This document shows positions 24,429 to 36,688 of a stretch of DNA of 64,000 nucleotides, piece by piece; positions within the stretch are counted from its first letter, which is position 1, and every line of letters starts with the position of its first letter. Under the pieces are notes generated by a model, which was given only the letters and a program-made list of their open reading frames with translations, was not told the DNA's origin and did no database searches. The stretch spans positions 62,001-126,000 of the forward strand of contig NW_021831285.1 of the NCBI RefSeq assembly GCF_006345805.1, in the 5' to 3' direction. This stretch comes from Octopus sinensis. Lineage: Eukaryota. A program made the position numbers and the translations under genes.

Positions 24429-24718
24429 ATGAAAATTTTTTTGGAATTTGAGGGAGGACTTGAATTACTATTTGGCGGAAAAAAGAAGCATGAAATTATT
24501 TTACGGACAGAAACAGCATTAAATATCAAATATCTACTTGATTGGATACAAAAGAATATTCTCACCGGAGATCCCAACCTGTTCGTGTCTGATGGATCAG
24601 TTCGCCCCGGAATAATTGTGATGGTAAATGAAATAGATTGGGAACTTTGCGGTTTCGACGAATACCAACTGCCGAGGGAGATTGCCTCACGTTCATCTCC
24701 ACCCTTCACGGTGGGTAA
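24429..24718 (+). CDS. URM1: Ubiquitin-related modifier 1 (intronless; apparent 1-nt deletion near 24670)
   Basis: MKIFLEFEGGLELLFGG..SVRPGIIVMVNEIDWEL; adding one base after CAACT restores AEGDCLTFISTLHGG* (C-terminal GG). Confidence 0.93.
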
Positions 24719-24814
24719 TATTTTATTGACTATAATTTAATTATTTTTAAAAATTAAGTTCTGCATAAGTAAATATTAAAAAAGCTGTTAATAAAATATC
24801 AAATAAGTTTAAAA

Positions 24815-27338
24815 CTAGATTTGAGGTGGTTTGAAAAAATTAGTGAGTTTCAACAAATCAGAAGGACACTGATCAAGCCCAAACTTGCCCATGTAACACT
24901 CAAAAATGGAAGGTAGAAAGCATCCAATGACAAACTCAGCATCAATCTCCCACAAATCTCTAATCTAGACCATCAACACAACTTTATACTCCATTAGACA
25001 AACTACTGTGCAACTGATTGCTCAAAATCATCATTTGAGCCACCAAAATGTCACAAACTGCTTTCAGAACAACAGATTGGAGTGATTCTAGTGGAAGACA
25101 CATCAATGAGTGAATGAATGATCCACTCCGTTGACACATCCCCCACTGCACGTCCGTCACTCTAAGACAACTCCCTTCCAATCACTCCACAAAATACCGT
25201 CAATAAACGACCCCAAATTCCTCAGTCTATTCGTGTACTTGTCCACAAACACGGAAAGCGTAGCCTGGTTGGAAAATCCGACCAACCGCGGAGAAGTAAT
25301 ATTAGGACTGGAAAATGTCTTGATGAGTGCCTTGGATGCCTCGATTACGTAATCACTCGTCGGCTTTCTCATTTTATTCACCAAATCAACAGACATGTCC
25401 ATTCCCAGGGCAGAGAACTGTGATTAACAAGTGGAGGGGACAAACCACAGCACAGTTGTGCTCTAATTCCGCCACACATGTCAGGACTGTTGAAATTTGT
25501 CGGGAAAAGTCGAAAATATGACCAAAGAGACCAGAAAGCATGGAATTGAACTCCTTCTTGACCCAAACCAACCCCACTAAGACTAAATTAGCAGAACTAA
25601 CCTGCCAAACATTTTGGTTCCCGCTTAAACAGATTTCTGAAATCCAAAAATGTAGAAATTATGAAAAAACAGCCCGACTTGACAGATTTGGCTACAAACG
25701 ACTCAAAATCCGAGTCCATTTTATTAGAGCGAGCCAGATTCTTCATTTCCCGTGTTTTAACAGCAAGAAAGTCCCTGACGATCTTCTTCCCCTCTCCCAA
25801 GTCGAGCAAACAGTCCACCAATTCATGGAGTGGGCACAGTGGACGGTTTAGTCCATGTTGGAATTCATTCTTTAATTGACTGACGAATAAAGTCCGTCGG
25901 GTCGAGTATTCTTTTCTTTCTTCCACTCCCAGATTCCACAGGGAATGTGCTGGCGTGGTCACATTTACTTAACCTTGTAGAATCAGTTTTGTGGCAGTCG
26001 AGTAGTCGTGGATTGAACTGGCGACGTCGAATTGGTACAGGATTTCCATTTTTGGCTTTCTTTTAATATTTTCGGAGGGTGGCCGGGGTTTTTCGACGTC
26101 AAATAAACTTGTCCATCGTTCCTGAGTATTAGTCGGGAAACTACTTTTTTGGCTGGGGAATCGGCCAAGAAACACATACGAGGACCAGATGTACGCGATT
26201 TTAACATGAAATAAAGAAATCCACTGGGAACTTCACACCACTCAAAGTCTCCGCGGTCAAAAATCGCGGAAAAGTAAAATTTCCCCTCACTGAACATAAA
26301 CTGGGGAATTACTTCTTCTCGGCGATTATGAACAAAGTGGTGAAAAGGCAGAGCTTTACCGTCCTCAGACGATTGAAAGACACGTGGTTCACCTCCTCCA
26401 AGTCGTCCTGGTGAATCAACGTGAGATCGGGGTCAAGGTCCTCAAAAATGAATAAAATCATAAAAAACTGGTAAATTCATCACAGTTGAATGCACCATGT
26501 CCAAATCTGTTTTTTTGACAAATTTTCCGGCCTTCAGCTGTGTCATTTTGACTGTGTCGAAAAATGCTCTCTTCGAAGTTGAGGGTTATGAGCACACCGT
26601 TTTATTGTCGTCTTCCCCAACCAGCCTCGTTTTCCGTTGTAGGGACTTGACCGTGAATTCCACGGTGACTGAATCGACATTTTCCGTGGCTACACATCGA
26701 ACAACGACGTCCGTGATGGCAAAACATTCGCGGAATATCATTACCTTCGTTGGCGAGGGCCTGGGATTTACGAAAAAAACCAACCAAGAACAAAAAATGA
26801 TCACATCTTCCGTCAAAATGACATAACAGGACTCGGATTCCGCGGAATCAACATGCCTTAATGCCTGTTGATGGACAACCGTTCTTCCGCGGAGTTCACT
26901 GTAGCCCTATTGAGACTTATCCCCGTGGAAACTACCAGGGGCATATTTTGGACAAAGTCGATCAGTGTTATGGCAGAGCTGCCGTTTTTCCCGATTTGGA
27001 AATTGTTGGATTCCGTGTTTTCTTGGTTGGAAATGCCGAGAGTGCTGATTATGCTGTTTATTCCGGATTTCTGGTCACTGAGAATGGAATTTAGCTGAGA
27101 AAGCCTTAATTCGAGTGCTGTGGTGGTTAACGAGTTTAGAGACCTGCCACATCCTTGTATGAGTCAGCTATGGCCCCGAAGTTGCTGTAGACTGAGGATT
27201 GGATCTTCTTGGAAAATTCTGCGTTGAGGTTGACCACTTTGTTGCGGAATTGGATAATTTCCTCCTCACTTTTCTGCTTTAGAGAGGTTACTATTTAGGT
27301 CAGGTGATTTTTGTACTTTGTTGAAATATATCGTCCAT
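24815..27338 (-). CDS. EXOC8: Exocyst subunit Exo84/EXOC8 with two tandem PH domains, many micro-introns
   Basis: N-terminal FRNKVVNLNAEFSKKIQSSVYSNF..SQLNSILSDQKS; PH ending FLADSPAKK|ERWTSLF; Exo84C start FDVASSIHDYSTATKLI and ELVDCLLDLGEGKKIVRDFL; introns at 26907-26935, 26761-26784, 26571-26597, 26441-26468, 26290-26312, 26122-26144; 3' exons only partly resolved. Confidence 0.83.
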
Positions 27339-28899
27339 TTAAACTATATTTATGGACACCACATATGATAAATATTTTAATCAATTTTTAAAAGAAATAA
27401 AATTCAAAAAGATCAAAATTTAGTTAACATTTTCCATAACCTTCTGTTCCGGGCTCGCATTTAAATATTTTAAAGGTCATCTCCGTATTCATCCCTCTCT
27501 TTAATAATCTTTTTCCGGGATATTTCTAATGTCCGTTTCTATTTGAATTTAAATATTTTCCAATGAGTAAATTATATGGCGCTTCGCAATTTAGCTCCAA
27601 GACATGTCCAAGTTAGGCTACAAAATATCAACGTTTATATACGACTTTTTGTTTGAATTTTTTGGGTTTTGTTCGTAGTTTTTGGTTATGAAATGAGTCC
27701 GGTCTTTCCATTTTTTTCTTGTTTTCCAATCATCAGATTTGTATAGGGAGATAGGACAAAATAGTAATAGACGTAGTTTTAGTGAGATTTTTTTTGAATT
27801 TATATGTTCTACATTTGTTTTTAAAACGGTTCAAGTATTTTTCTGCCAATATTTCCCGAATTCCCGATCTTTGTTTCTTTATATACATCCGCTTCTCGTC
27901 ATTCCTTGTAGGTATGTGCTTGATTTGCATATAACTAAGTTTTTTAAGTATCTTCGATATAAACAGCAAATTTGATATAGGATAAAAATATCTCTGCCAA
28001 CTATTTAAAGAACTTTCTAAACTGTTTTGAACCTATTTTGACAATTAGCTCCGTTTAGCAAGAGGGAATCTGGTAGTCTCATAGCATTTAATAACCTTCC
28101 AAGTATACTTATCTAGGGATATTTTAGTAGTTCACCAGAAAAACCTTCTTATTTAGCCGAGCAATTATTTTTTGAAATATTTAAATGAACTGGTCATTTC
28201 TTCTCTTTTGATTTTGTTGGAATATTGTTCGGTGTTCAAATAAATATTACAGTTTTAACGTCATTAGATTGAAGTGCCGGACGATTTATCACTCTTTATT
28301 TTCTTGGATTAATATAAGGTGATCCGATTCATGCCTACTTTTACAGATTATATTAAAGATCCCCTTTACCAGGCAGCTGTAATTCGCTTCCAAAATTTAA
28401 TGGAGAATTTGTTTGCGTTCTTTTCTTAGCATTTTCTAATTTTCTTATTCTCATCTTTAGACAAATTTCCCTTTGATTTCAAATAGTTTTTTGATTTTAA
28501 AATGCCTCTTTCGACCCTTTCCCCAATATTAAACTATCTTCGTATCATCGATTTAAGCACGTTCAAATCCTTTTTAAGTTCAATAGCAAGATTTTCGGTA
28601 GTATCAACTTCACATAAGCGTTTAACACTACGTCATGATAAAACTTCCTTTTAGGGTCTCTATCAGGATTTCTGAGCCAACCGACGGCCCCAAGCTGCAT
28701 CCATCTATGCCAAATAGTCGTTTAAAGCATATGCGTGGAATGACCACTTTGTGATCATTGTCGAGTATTTTTCTCTTATTTTGCAATAATCTCTTGAGAG
28801 ATTTCTGCACAGAATATAGTCAATGTGATTTGTTAAAGACTCCCCACTCCCTTCCACGTCCTCTTGTGCTTTGTAGAAAATTTAAAAGTCGTGTAGCGC

Positions 28900-29240
28900 A
28901 AATAAAATTCTAGTCGATCCAGCTACAGTTAATGTGGGTTGCATACATCAGCCCCTTGCTCTTCAATATATTTCTTGTCGACGTTTCGCACAACAATAAT
29001 CTACAGACTTGTGTTCACCCAATAATAATTTACGGTACGAAAAGATGGCACCAAACAGACGAAAGTGATCGTCTTATCGCTAATTTTGAAAAAAGAAGAC
29101 AAATTTCTATCAAACTGGCATTCGGTCTCGAGTTCAATAGTCGGGTGAAGGACTCGCATGAGCGGAGAATTGACACGATAGAAGCAATCCTTAACAAGAC
29201 TCGAATTCGTTTAAAGAAGTTCAGAAGAATCTTCTGAGGC
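28900..29240 (+). mobile_element. Jockey/I-like LINE 3' fragment, internally deleted
   Basis: SPLLFNIFLVDV joined to QTCVHPIIIYG..IKLAFGLE..KTRIR, collinear with the 43326-44564 ORF. Confidence 0.8.
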
Positions 29241-29559
29241 TAAAACGCAGTTTAGATGCCTTCTAAACGCTAAATTCTTTGAGTTTTTTTTCTTGTTGGC
29301 TAAATTGGTCCAATGAACCCATCTATTCTTCTTCTTTAATGGGGAAACTTCTTAATAAAAATATTTTATATAAATTTTCTCAGCCAATTTGTAATTAAAA
29401 GTGCGTTGACTTTTTAATCAATAAAATAAAAAAGTCACGATACTTTACTATTCCGATTAAGATGTCATTTAATAAATAAAATGAAGAAATAATCATTCGT
29501 TAAGAAATTGGCTTTTTAATAGATTTTATCGGCTGGTTTCCAAAGCAATAAATAGTTAC

Positions 29560-30929
29560 ATGAACTCTGAAGCTAAGCTCTACACATCCATGAACGAATC
29601 CAAATGGAAGGAGATGACGACCAGAGCTGTCGCAACAAGCCATAAATCCGCTCGCACTGCATACAACTTGGCAGATCAAATTAGAAGAAATAGAGTTCCA
29701 AGCGGGTTCCGCGAAAAAATGTACTCAGAAACAAACCTCTACGCAAAGACCCACATGCGAGCCGTGAAAGAAATTGCTGGCAAACTGAGGAGTTTGAAAA
29801 ATTTGTTGAACGAGGAAATCAAGTTTTTTGGCAATTCCAAGGAAAAAGTTCTCAAAAATATCGACAAAATCAAAAAACATATAAAAATCAGTACGGACAC
29901 AATATTTTCCAAAAATCGAAATCCGCTGACATCCCAAGTGAAGTGTCATATCCAATGCCTTAGAAAAATGACGGGACCTACGACCTGGTCAACGCAGAGT
30001 TGAGTCACTTGAGATCTCTCAACGCCCAGTTGCTCCATATTTACAAATTTGCTGATGAGAAATTGCGAGTATTCATTTTATGACACAAAAGGGTCTTTAT
30101 TCCATAAAAAAGAGACTTTTGCAAGTTTTATCCGAACGGTCGGTGGTCCTCGACCTTATCGTTGAGAATTCGTTCTGTCCCAACCTTCGTAGACCAGAGA
30201 CTACGAAAATCCAATCACTCAACAAGGGAAACTGTAATTCCAAAGAAGGTTATAATTTACGTGTTAAAAAACTCGCAGAAATCAATTTGGGGTACCAAAC
30301 GGACGAGAGTCGACAAGTCCTCTGCGACGCGGAAACACTTTTACAGGACTCGGCAAAATCAAGGAGACTTTTTGAGGAGTATATGAAGAATTATAATGAG
30401 AGAAATAAGTCAATACAAAACGCAGTAAATGAAGGAATATACAACAAAATAGCAGAAAACAAATCTTTGAAAGTGACGAAAGTTTTTTGATTTTTTACAG
30501 ACACAACTCCATTTTGGAATTGCTCAAAACAGACAAGCTGCAAACCGACTCAATTTTGAACTCAAAAGGACTCAAACATCTCTAGAAATGCTCAATGTTT
30601 GAATAATTATAGTTTAAGAGGGACCCTATAACTACTATGACCTCGAAATGAGCAGTCGATTAGACCGTCCTATTGTGAGTGTACTTCAAAGGCATCCCGG
30701 AACTCAAATCTCAGAAGCCCAGACACTAATCAACGTTGCCTTTCGTGCTGTGTTTAGTCTGTAGGGAGTGAAAATGTGTCGAGATGCAAGCAATAAACTC
30801 CAAAGCCAATATAAAGAACAACTGGACAATAGAGTTGTGTTACAAACAGAATTACAGAAAAAATCAACTTGCATTGACCAGGATAATATGCTTATTAGGG
30901 AAAGACTTAAAAGAGGAAATGATAAATAA
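29560..30929 (+). CDS. TEKTL1: Tektin-like protein 1 (CCDC105), 5 micro-introns
   Basis: Spliced product contains GPYNYYDLEMSSRLDRPIVSVLQRHPGTQISEA and IDQDNMLIRERLKR, matching the CCDC105 C-terminal motifs; introns 29938-29963, 30069-30091, 30473-30500, 30597-30620, 30735-30764. Confidence 0.8.
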
Positions 30930-31244
30930 ATCTAACAAAATAAATAAATCTAATTTGTTAACATAATAAAAATTGTATTTGGTTCAATATTTGAATATAT
31001 CATTTTTAATTAGCATATATTAACAAAATAAATCACTATTAATTATAAGTTGCACATAATCTGCTTATAGAAAACTGATTTAAATGAGTTTAATATTTAA
31101 AAACTATTTTTGATTTATTAGAGAATAAGTTTTTTCTAAATAGTATAATTCAAAATATTATTAAATTGAAAAAATTTTTTAAACAAATTATTAAAAATAA
31201 TTGAATTAATAAAAGAATATACGTATTAGACCTTGTTGACAAAA

Positions 31245-31991
31245 ATGGTGTATCGTGCATTACTGGACACATATCTCAACCTTCCTCCTGTTTCTAGAAT
31301 ATATATGACCCTATGCGTACTAGTATCAATCCTCGTGGTTAGTCACTACTCCTTAATAAAAGGAAATGGAAGTCCTCACTCCTCTACACTTATTTTTCGA
31401 CTACGATCTAGTCTTCAAGAAATTCGAGATATGGAGAGTGGTGACTTCATTCCTATTCTTTGGGAATATAAACTTGGCTTTCATGTTTCACATATTCTAC
31501 ATATACCAATACTGCATGTATCTCGAACACGGCTCGTATAGTCACCGAACAGCTGACTTTTTCTACCTTTTTCTGCTCAGTGGAATACTCATTGTGGTTA
31601 ATCTTGTTCTTAAGACAGCAGATGGCTGGGTGTTTTGTGAATATTCGATTTATGGGACAAACACTCGTGACTGTGTTGGTTTATGTGTGGAGTCGACATA
31701 ACCAGATGGTTCACGTCAATCTGATGGGGTTGATCACATTCAGAGCCCCCTACCTCCCTTTCGTCATTCTGGCTATTGGTTTTCTAATTGACGGCACATT
31801 TCTTACGGACCTTATTGGAATCTGCATTGGACATTTTTACTATTTTTTTGAGGATGTACTTCCCCTTAAAAATGGGGGATATCGCCTTCTCAAGACCCCC
31901 ACTTTTATGTTTGATGTTATCGTGTATTTTTAGTCAATATTTCTTTCCCACGCCTGCTGTACCAACACATACACCGGGAGGCTATCACTGA
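31245..31991 (+). CDS. DERL2: Derlin-2/3-like ERAD protein, three 25-nt introns
   Basis: LPPVSRIY, IWRVVTSFLFFG, VYVWSRHN, FRAPYLPFV, GHFYYFFEDV, RLLKTP; introns 31338-31362, 31597-31621, 31909-31933. Confidence 0.92.
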
Positions 31992-32164
31992 TGCTTTCTA
32001 ACAAAATTTGCATTTATTAATTTTTAAATAAAATAAATGTTTTTCCTATATATTGAAACCCTTTATTGGGCCACTTTGAATTTCTATTAGGAGTTTTTTG
32101 TTTATTTTTAAAAAGATAAACTTTGTTATGAGGAATTTAATATTTTTGTTTAGTTCTTGGGAAC

Positions 32165-33060
32165 CAGAGCTTTTTAAAAAATAATTCTCGCGGCACACAT
32201 TAAATATAAAAAAATTAAATTTTCAAGATTTGTGAAAGTAAGTACAAAAATTAGTAATTTAATGCCCAAATTTTTATTAGTAATAAAAATGAAATCTTAA
32301 TTATTATTGTTGCATATATCATCAATATCAAGTTGAATGGTTGACAAAGCCACCAGCATTTCAACATCAATGTTTCTCAAACTTTCACGTTTGTTATATT
32401 TCATATCATGCAGCGTAGAAAAACCTGTTTTGCATAAATAGATGGTTGAAAACTGTAAAATTATGTTCAGTGCTTGTTTTGATAAACTGGAATATATGTT
32501 TCGAACATATATCTAAAATTCCCCAATGTCTAACTCCGTCATAATTAATCTCAAGGATCGATCATTAAATAATGCAATAAGTTCTTCATATTTTAACAGA
32601 AAATTTTTTTGATTCTGGCACACGAAAAAAATTTAGTATCTAAAAATATTTAAAAATAATAACCTAATTGAACTTTCTCGTTTAATATTTGTAAAATGTT
32701 ATAGAGTCTATAATATAGACCATATTGGATTCTGAATTTTTTCAACAAATTCAGAATGCCCTTCCAATTTAAAAAAACTCAAAATTTCGTCCTTTAATTC
32801 AAAAACCCTCGTTAATGCTTTACCCCTTGATAGCCATCGAATTTCAGTATAAAGTAACAAATCTACAAGGTTCACCTCATTTCATCGCAAATAGTAGTAA
32901 AAATGAAAGACTTTTTGGATTGACTTTTTATATTATTAATCATTTGGATAATATCATTCCAGACAGATTTTAAATTCATAGGTAATGTTTTTACAAGCAA
33001 TACTTCTTGATGCAAAAAACAATATGATTATATTACTGTAAATCCTTCTAGAGTTAACAA
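32165..33060 (-). mobile_element. hAT/Buster (ZBED5/FAM200-like) transposase remnant
   Basis: RWLSRGKALTRVFELKDEILSFF; many stops. Confidence 0.7.
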
Positions 33061-33539
33061 ATACTCTTGCTGGTGTTAAAAAAAGTAAAGAAATAGTTAT
33101 TGTTTTTCGATAATTCGAATAGAATTTTTTTATATTTGCCTAAAAACACTACTCCGCTGGCTTCTGCCAGGGAATTAAATGATATTCAAAGTAGATGAAA
33201 TAATCTTTTATGGTCCATCAAATATAAATCTGAGAAATGTTTTGTTAGCAATTGAAGATGCTTATACGAATGTTAGTATAAAAACAACCAATAATTGCTG
33301 AAATAAAATTAATGAGCAACTCTACAGATAATACTCAAAAAATGTAAATGTAGTCAAATAAATATAGAAAAAATTGAAGAAACTGTCAATGAAGTTATAT
33401 CAGTAGAAATCTCTGGTGTAGAAAATGACAACACATTATATGACGAAGTTGTAAAATGCCTTCGTCTACATGGAGCATTTCCGAGACCAATTATGACTTC
33501 TTTCATAGAAAAAAACTTCGTGTCCTAAATTACGTACAC

Positions 33540-33930
33540 TGGACTTGGAAAATTAATAACTCATCTCTCTACAGGCGCAGCAAATTAGCGCCAATCAGCC
33601 GTGACATCATAGACGGCCGCTAGAGACTATTCGAACAGATCCTAAGAATGCACTCAACTGCACCTGCCTATCAGGGAAAGGACGAATACTTTCTGTCTGA
33701 TCGACCAAAATTTCGTGGACAACTCCAAACAACAGTGTCGGCTGTTCTGCAACATGATCGAATTTGCGCGTGTAAACCCCTAAACAACTGCGATGACGTG
33801 GACAAACTGTGCAGGCAGGCCCAAAACCGCGGATGGTGTAAAACGATGATTAAGAAGATCGTATCGTGTGTGGCACGTGTGGGAATATGACTTATTCTGT
33901 TCATGTTCCTACCGAAGTGCTATAATAACA
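33540..33930 (+). mobile_element. RTE-like LINE 3' end
   Basis: RLFEQILRM..PKFRGQLQTTVSAVLQHD; 3' UTR GTTCCTAC(C)GAA shared with the copy ending near 63770. Confidence 0.72.
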
Positions 33931-34249
33931 AATGTAAAATGCCAATCTACCAAAGAACTAATTTCTACATTTAATGCGATGGCAGATGGCATTTTTCACT
34001 TTAATAAGCTAACAATCGATCAATTAATTAAAAAGTACAAGAAAATGTCACACCATTTTTCCAGCACTTAAAAACTAAAATTGTTAAATAAGATTTAAAA
34101 TTAACTTGTTTATTTCAAAAAAAACCCTCTATCTGGGAAAACATAGTTTTTGAGAAACTATATGAGAACTATAGATGCCCCTAAAAGAACTGTATTCTAT
34201 TATTCTACACTTACGTTAATGAATTTAAACACTTAAATTGAATAAACAG

Positions 34250-35028
34250 TCATTGTGAGTCAACATTAGAACTATCGAGAAGTGCAGTGACCTTCTCTAA
34301 CTGTCCTCTCAAAATGGCACACTCCTCACTGCAATATAATGCCAAACACGACCATTCATAATGTTCAGTCTGAATGGAAACATCGGTCACTTTTTTGGCA
34401 GGAAGACGACATTGCTCAGTCGAACTGTCAATGAGAGAAGTCTGTACAGTTCAAGGAGTGCAGACATCTCCTCTTTCTCAAAGATCAAGTTCTCTAACTG
34501 ACTTTGGAGTAGACCGACCACCTCGTTGTGAGCTTTGCTGACCCGCCTGATTTCGGTCTCAAATTCATCTCTCGTGTTCGAAATAAGGTATTCCTCTGAC
34601 TTGTACTTTATCACGTGGGTCAAGGGCACGAACAGTCCGGAATTGGCCCGACAAAAGAAATATCGGACTCCCGAAATGGACCCATCATGCTTCCCCGAGG
34701 GCTCTTCCAGTTCTATTCCACACCACTGTCCCTTCGCGAAGTTGGTGGGCCCGATGTACCTCACACGTCCACGTTTCCCGCTCTTAGTAAACACGAAGTC
34801 GTTTATCTACTCATAGAAAGTAGATCACACTTTTATATTCTTGAAATATGTTAAATTCTGAAAATCTTCGAAAGAAATATTCTTTTTTGTGATATGATAC
34901 GGCAGTGATGGACAACTACTGTCTTGGATTGGGTAGGATTTAGTTCTGGGGAATTCTTTATGGTGGGAATATCCGTTCTTTCCGTTTCTTGTAAGAATTC
35001 TGTCTCCATAATTTTTGTTCCCGCTCAT
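34250..35028 (-). CDS. Small CAP-Gly domain and coiled-coil protein
   Basis: GRVRYIGPTNFAKGQWCGIELEEPSGKHDGSISGVRYF..GLFVP; introns 34807-34830 (24 nt) and 34425-34447 (23 nt); ends ..SSNVDSQ*. Confidence 0.85.
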
Positions 35029-35315
35029 TTATTGTTAGAAAAAACAGACCACAAAGAATTAAATGATATTTGAACTTTACATAACTAATATTTTTAAAAT
35101 TTACATAATAATATTTCATAAAATTAATTGGTTTTTTTTGTCATTTATAGAAAAGTTAAAAGAATCAACGAACGTGAGCCACTTAGAGGTTGGCGAACCT
35201 CAAATCGTCGTTAAAGTTATTTTTGTTAATTATATATTTAATTTTTTTAATTTGGCTTGATTGTATCAAATAAATAAAGTATCTATAGTACTCCTTTTCT
35301 GTTTAGGTGTCATTT

Positions 35316-35993
35316 ATGGAAGTTTGTTTTTGTGTTCCTTTGTAGGAAGAAAATAAAGAAATAGATTGGAAATCAACTAAATTTGACTGGGATGAATCAA
35401 CCGACTATTTACTTATAAATATGTTTCACAAGAGTATAGCCAAAGAATATGTCACCGTCATTTGTGAACCAAACAATGTAATTAACACATAAATAAAACA
35501 AGTTATGCATCACATTAAGTAATGACGGGTCCAACTCGTTCGAACTGTCGGTAATTCTCGACCGCCAAGTAAGGCCCCAGAGTCTGCGGAAGACTATTAG
35601 TGGACAAAAAGTATGATTCCTAGCCCAATAGCAGCTGTCAATTCGAGTGGGGAAGGACAATGAGCGATACTGGCGAAAGTTGAGGGTCTCAGTCTGTGGA
35701 GGACAGGAAATGTGTTTAAGGAGTAAATGGGAGAAAATGGACTCGGATTTGGTGCAGGAGGAGAAGGATGAGCCTTTGGAAGGTGAAGATGCGGCAATGA
35801 AATTATTCAAGCAAATTTATGCGGACGGGTCTGATGATGTGAAGAAGGCGATGATCAAATCTTTTGTATTTTTGTGGTTTATTGGCAGACGGAGTCTTCG
35901 GGGACTGTTCTTAGCACCAACTGGGGAGAGGTTTCACAAAAAGAGGTCGAAGTCCGTCCCCCCGATGGGACAGAGTTTAAAAAATTTAATTGA
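35316..35993 (+). CDS. SUGT1: SGT1 co-chaperone (CS and SGS domains)
   Basis: FDWDESTDYLLINM (CS start); LFKQIYADGSDDVKKAMIKSF|TESSGTVLSTNWGEV (SGS); introns 35322-35345, 35478-35502, 35611-35634, 35866-35888; start codon tentative. Confidence 0.9.
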
Positions 35994-36688
35994 CTTTTTT
36001 CCTTTTATTGAAATTCGGGCTTTTTTAAATAATATTTCTTGATGTATTTTACAGCAAAACCATTATTCTTGTTCGTAATTTATCCTAAGTTATTTTCAGG
36101 CGATTAATTTTTCAAAAACTGGAATCTTTGTTGGGATTGAGGCATTGGATTCGGAACTAAAGGCCTAATAATTCTTATCCGTCTTTTCTCTCATAAGTCT
36201 TTTTTCAATTCTTGACAAAAATTTGTTTAATTTTCATATTGAATATGCCCGACTTGACTTGTTCGTCTATCATTACTAATGACCATCAGACACATTATAG
36301 ATTTCCGTTGGTACAAAAACTGATAAAATATATATGTTAGACACACATATGTATTTTTTACTAGAAAAAAGTTAATAGGAAATGAAGAGCAAGAGGTCTG
36401 AATTTTTTTAATTTGTTGCAGTAGAATAAGTTAAAATCAATGAATTTTCAAATTGAAAAATAATTCTAGTTAAACGTGAACTCACAAGTCACATTATCAC
36501 AAAAACAAACAACTAAAAGCAAATGTAAAATGACCACATTTCTCTAGAACTTAAAAATAAAAAAAAACAGAGAATTATTTATTCAAATAGACACCAGAAC
36601 AACGTGCGGCCGAAACTATTTTTAGTTTTGATATTTTTTGAACAATAATTTTTTATTTTTGAAAACTACAAATTTTGACAAAATTAAA

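Noticed and set aside
24660-24680. Programmed ribosomal frameshift in URM1
   Set aside because: No slippery heptamer or stimulatory structure; similar single-base indels occur throughout the window, consistent with sequencing error
26360-26390. A 29-nt intron in EXOC8 after DDLEE
   Set aside because: The unspliced frame (LIHQDDLEEVNHVSFNRLRTVKLCLF) aligns with the PH domain; the real intron is 26290-26312
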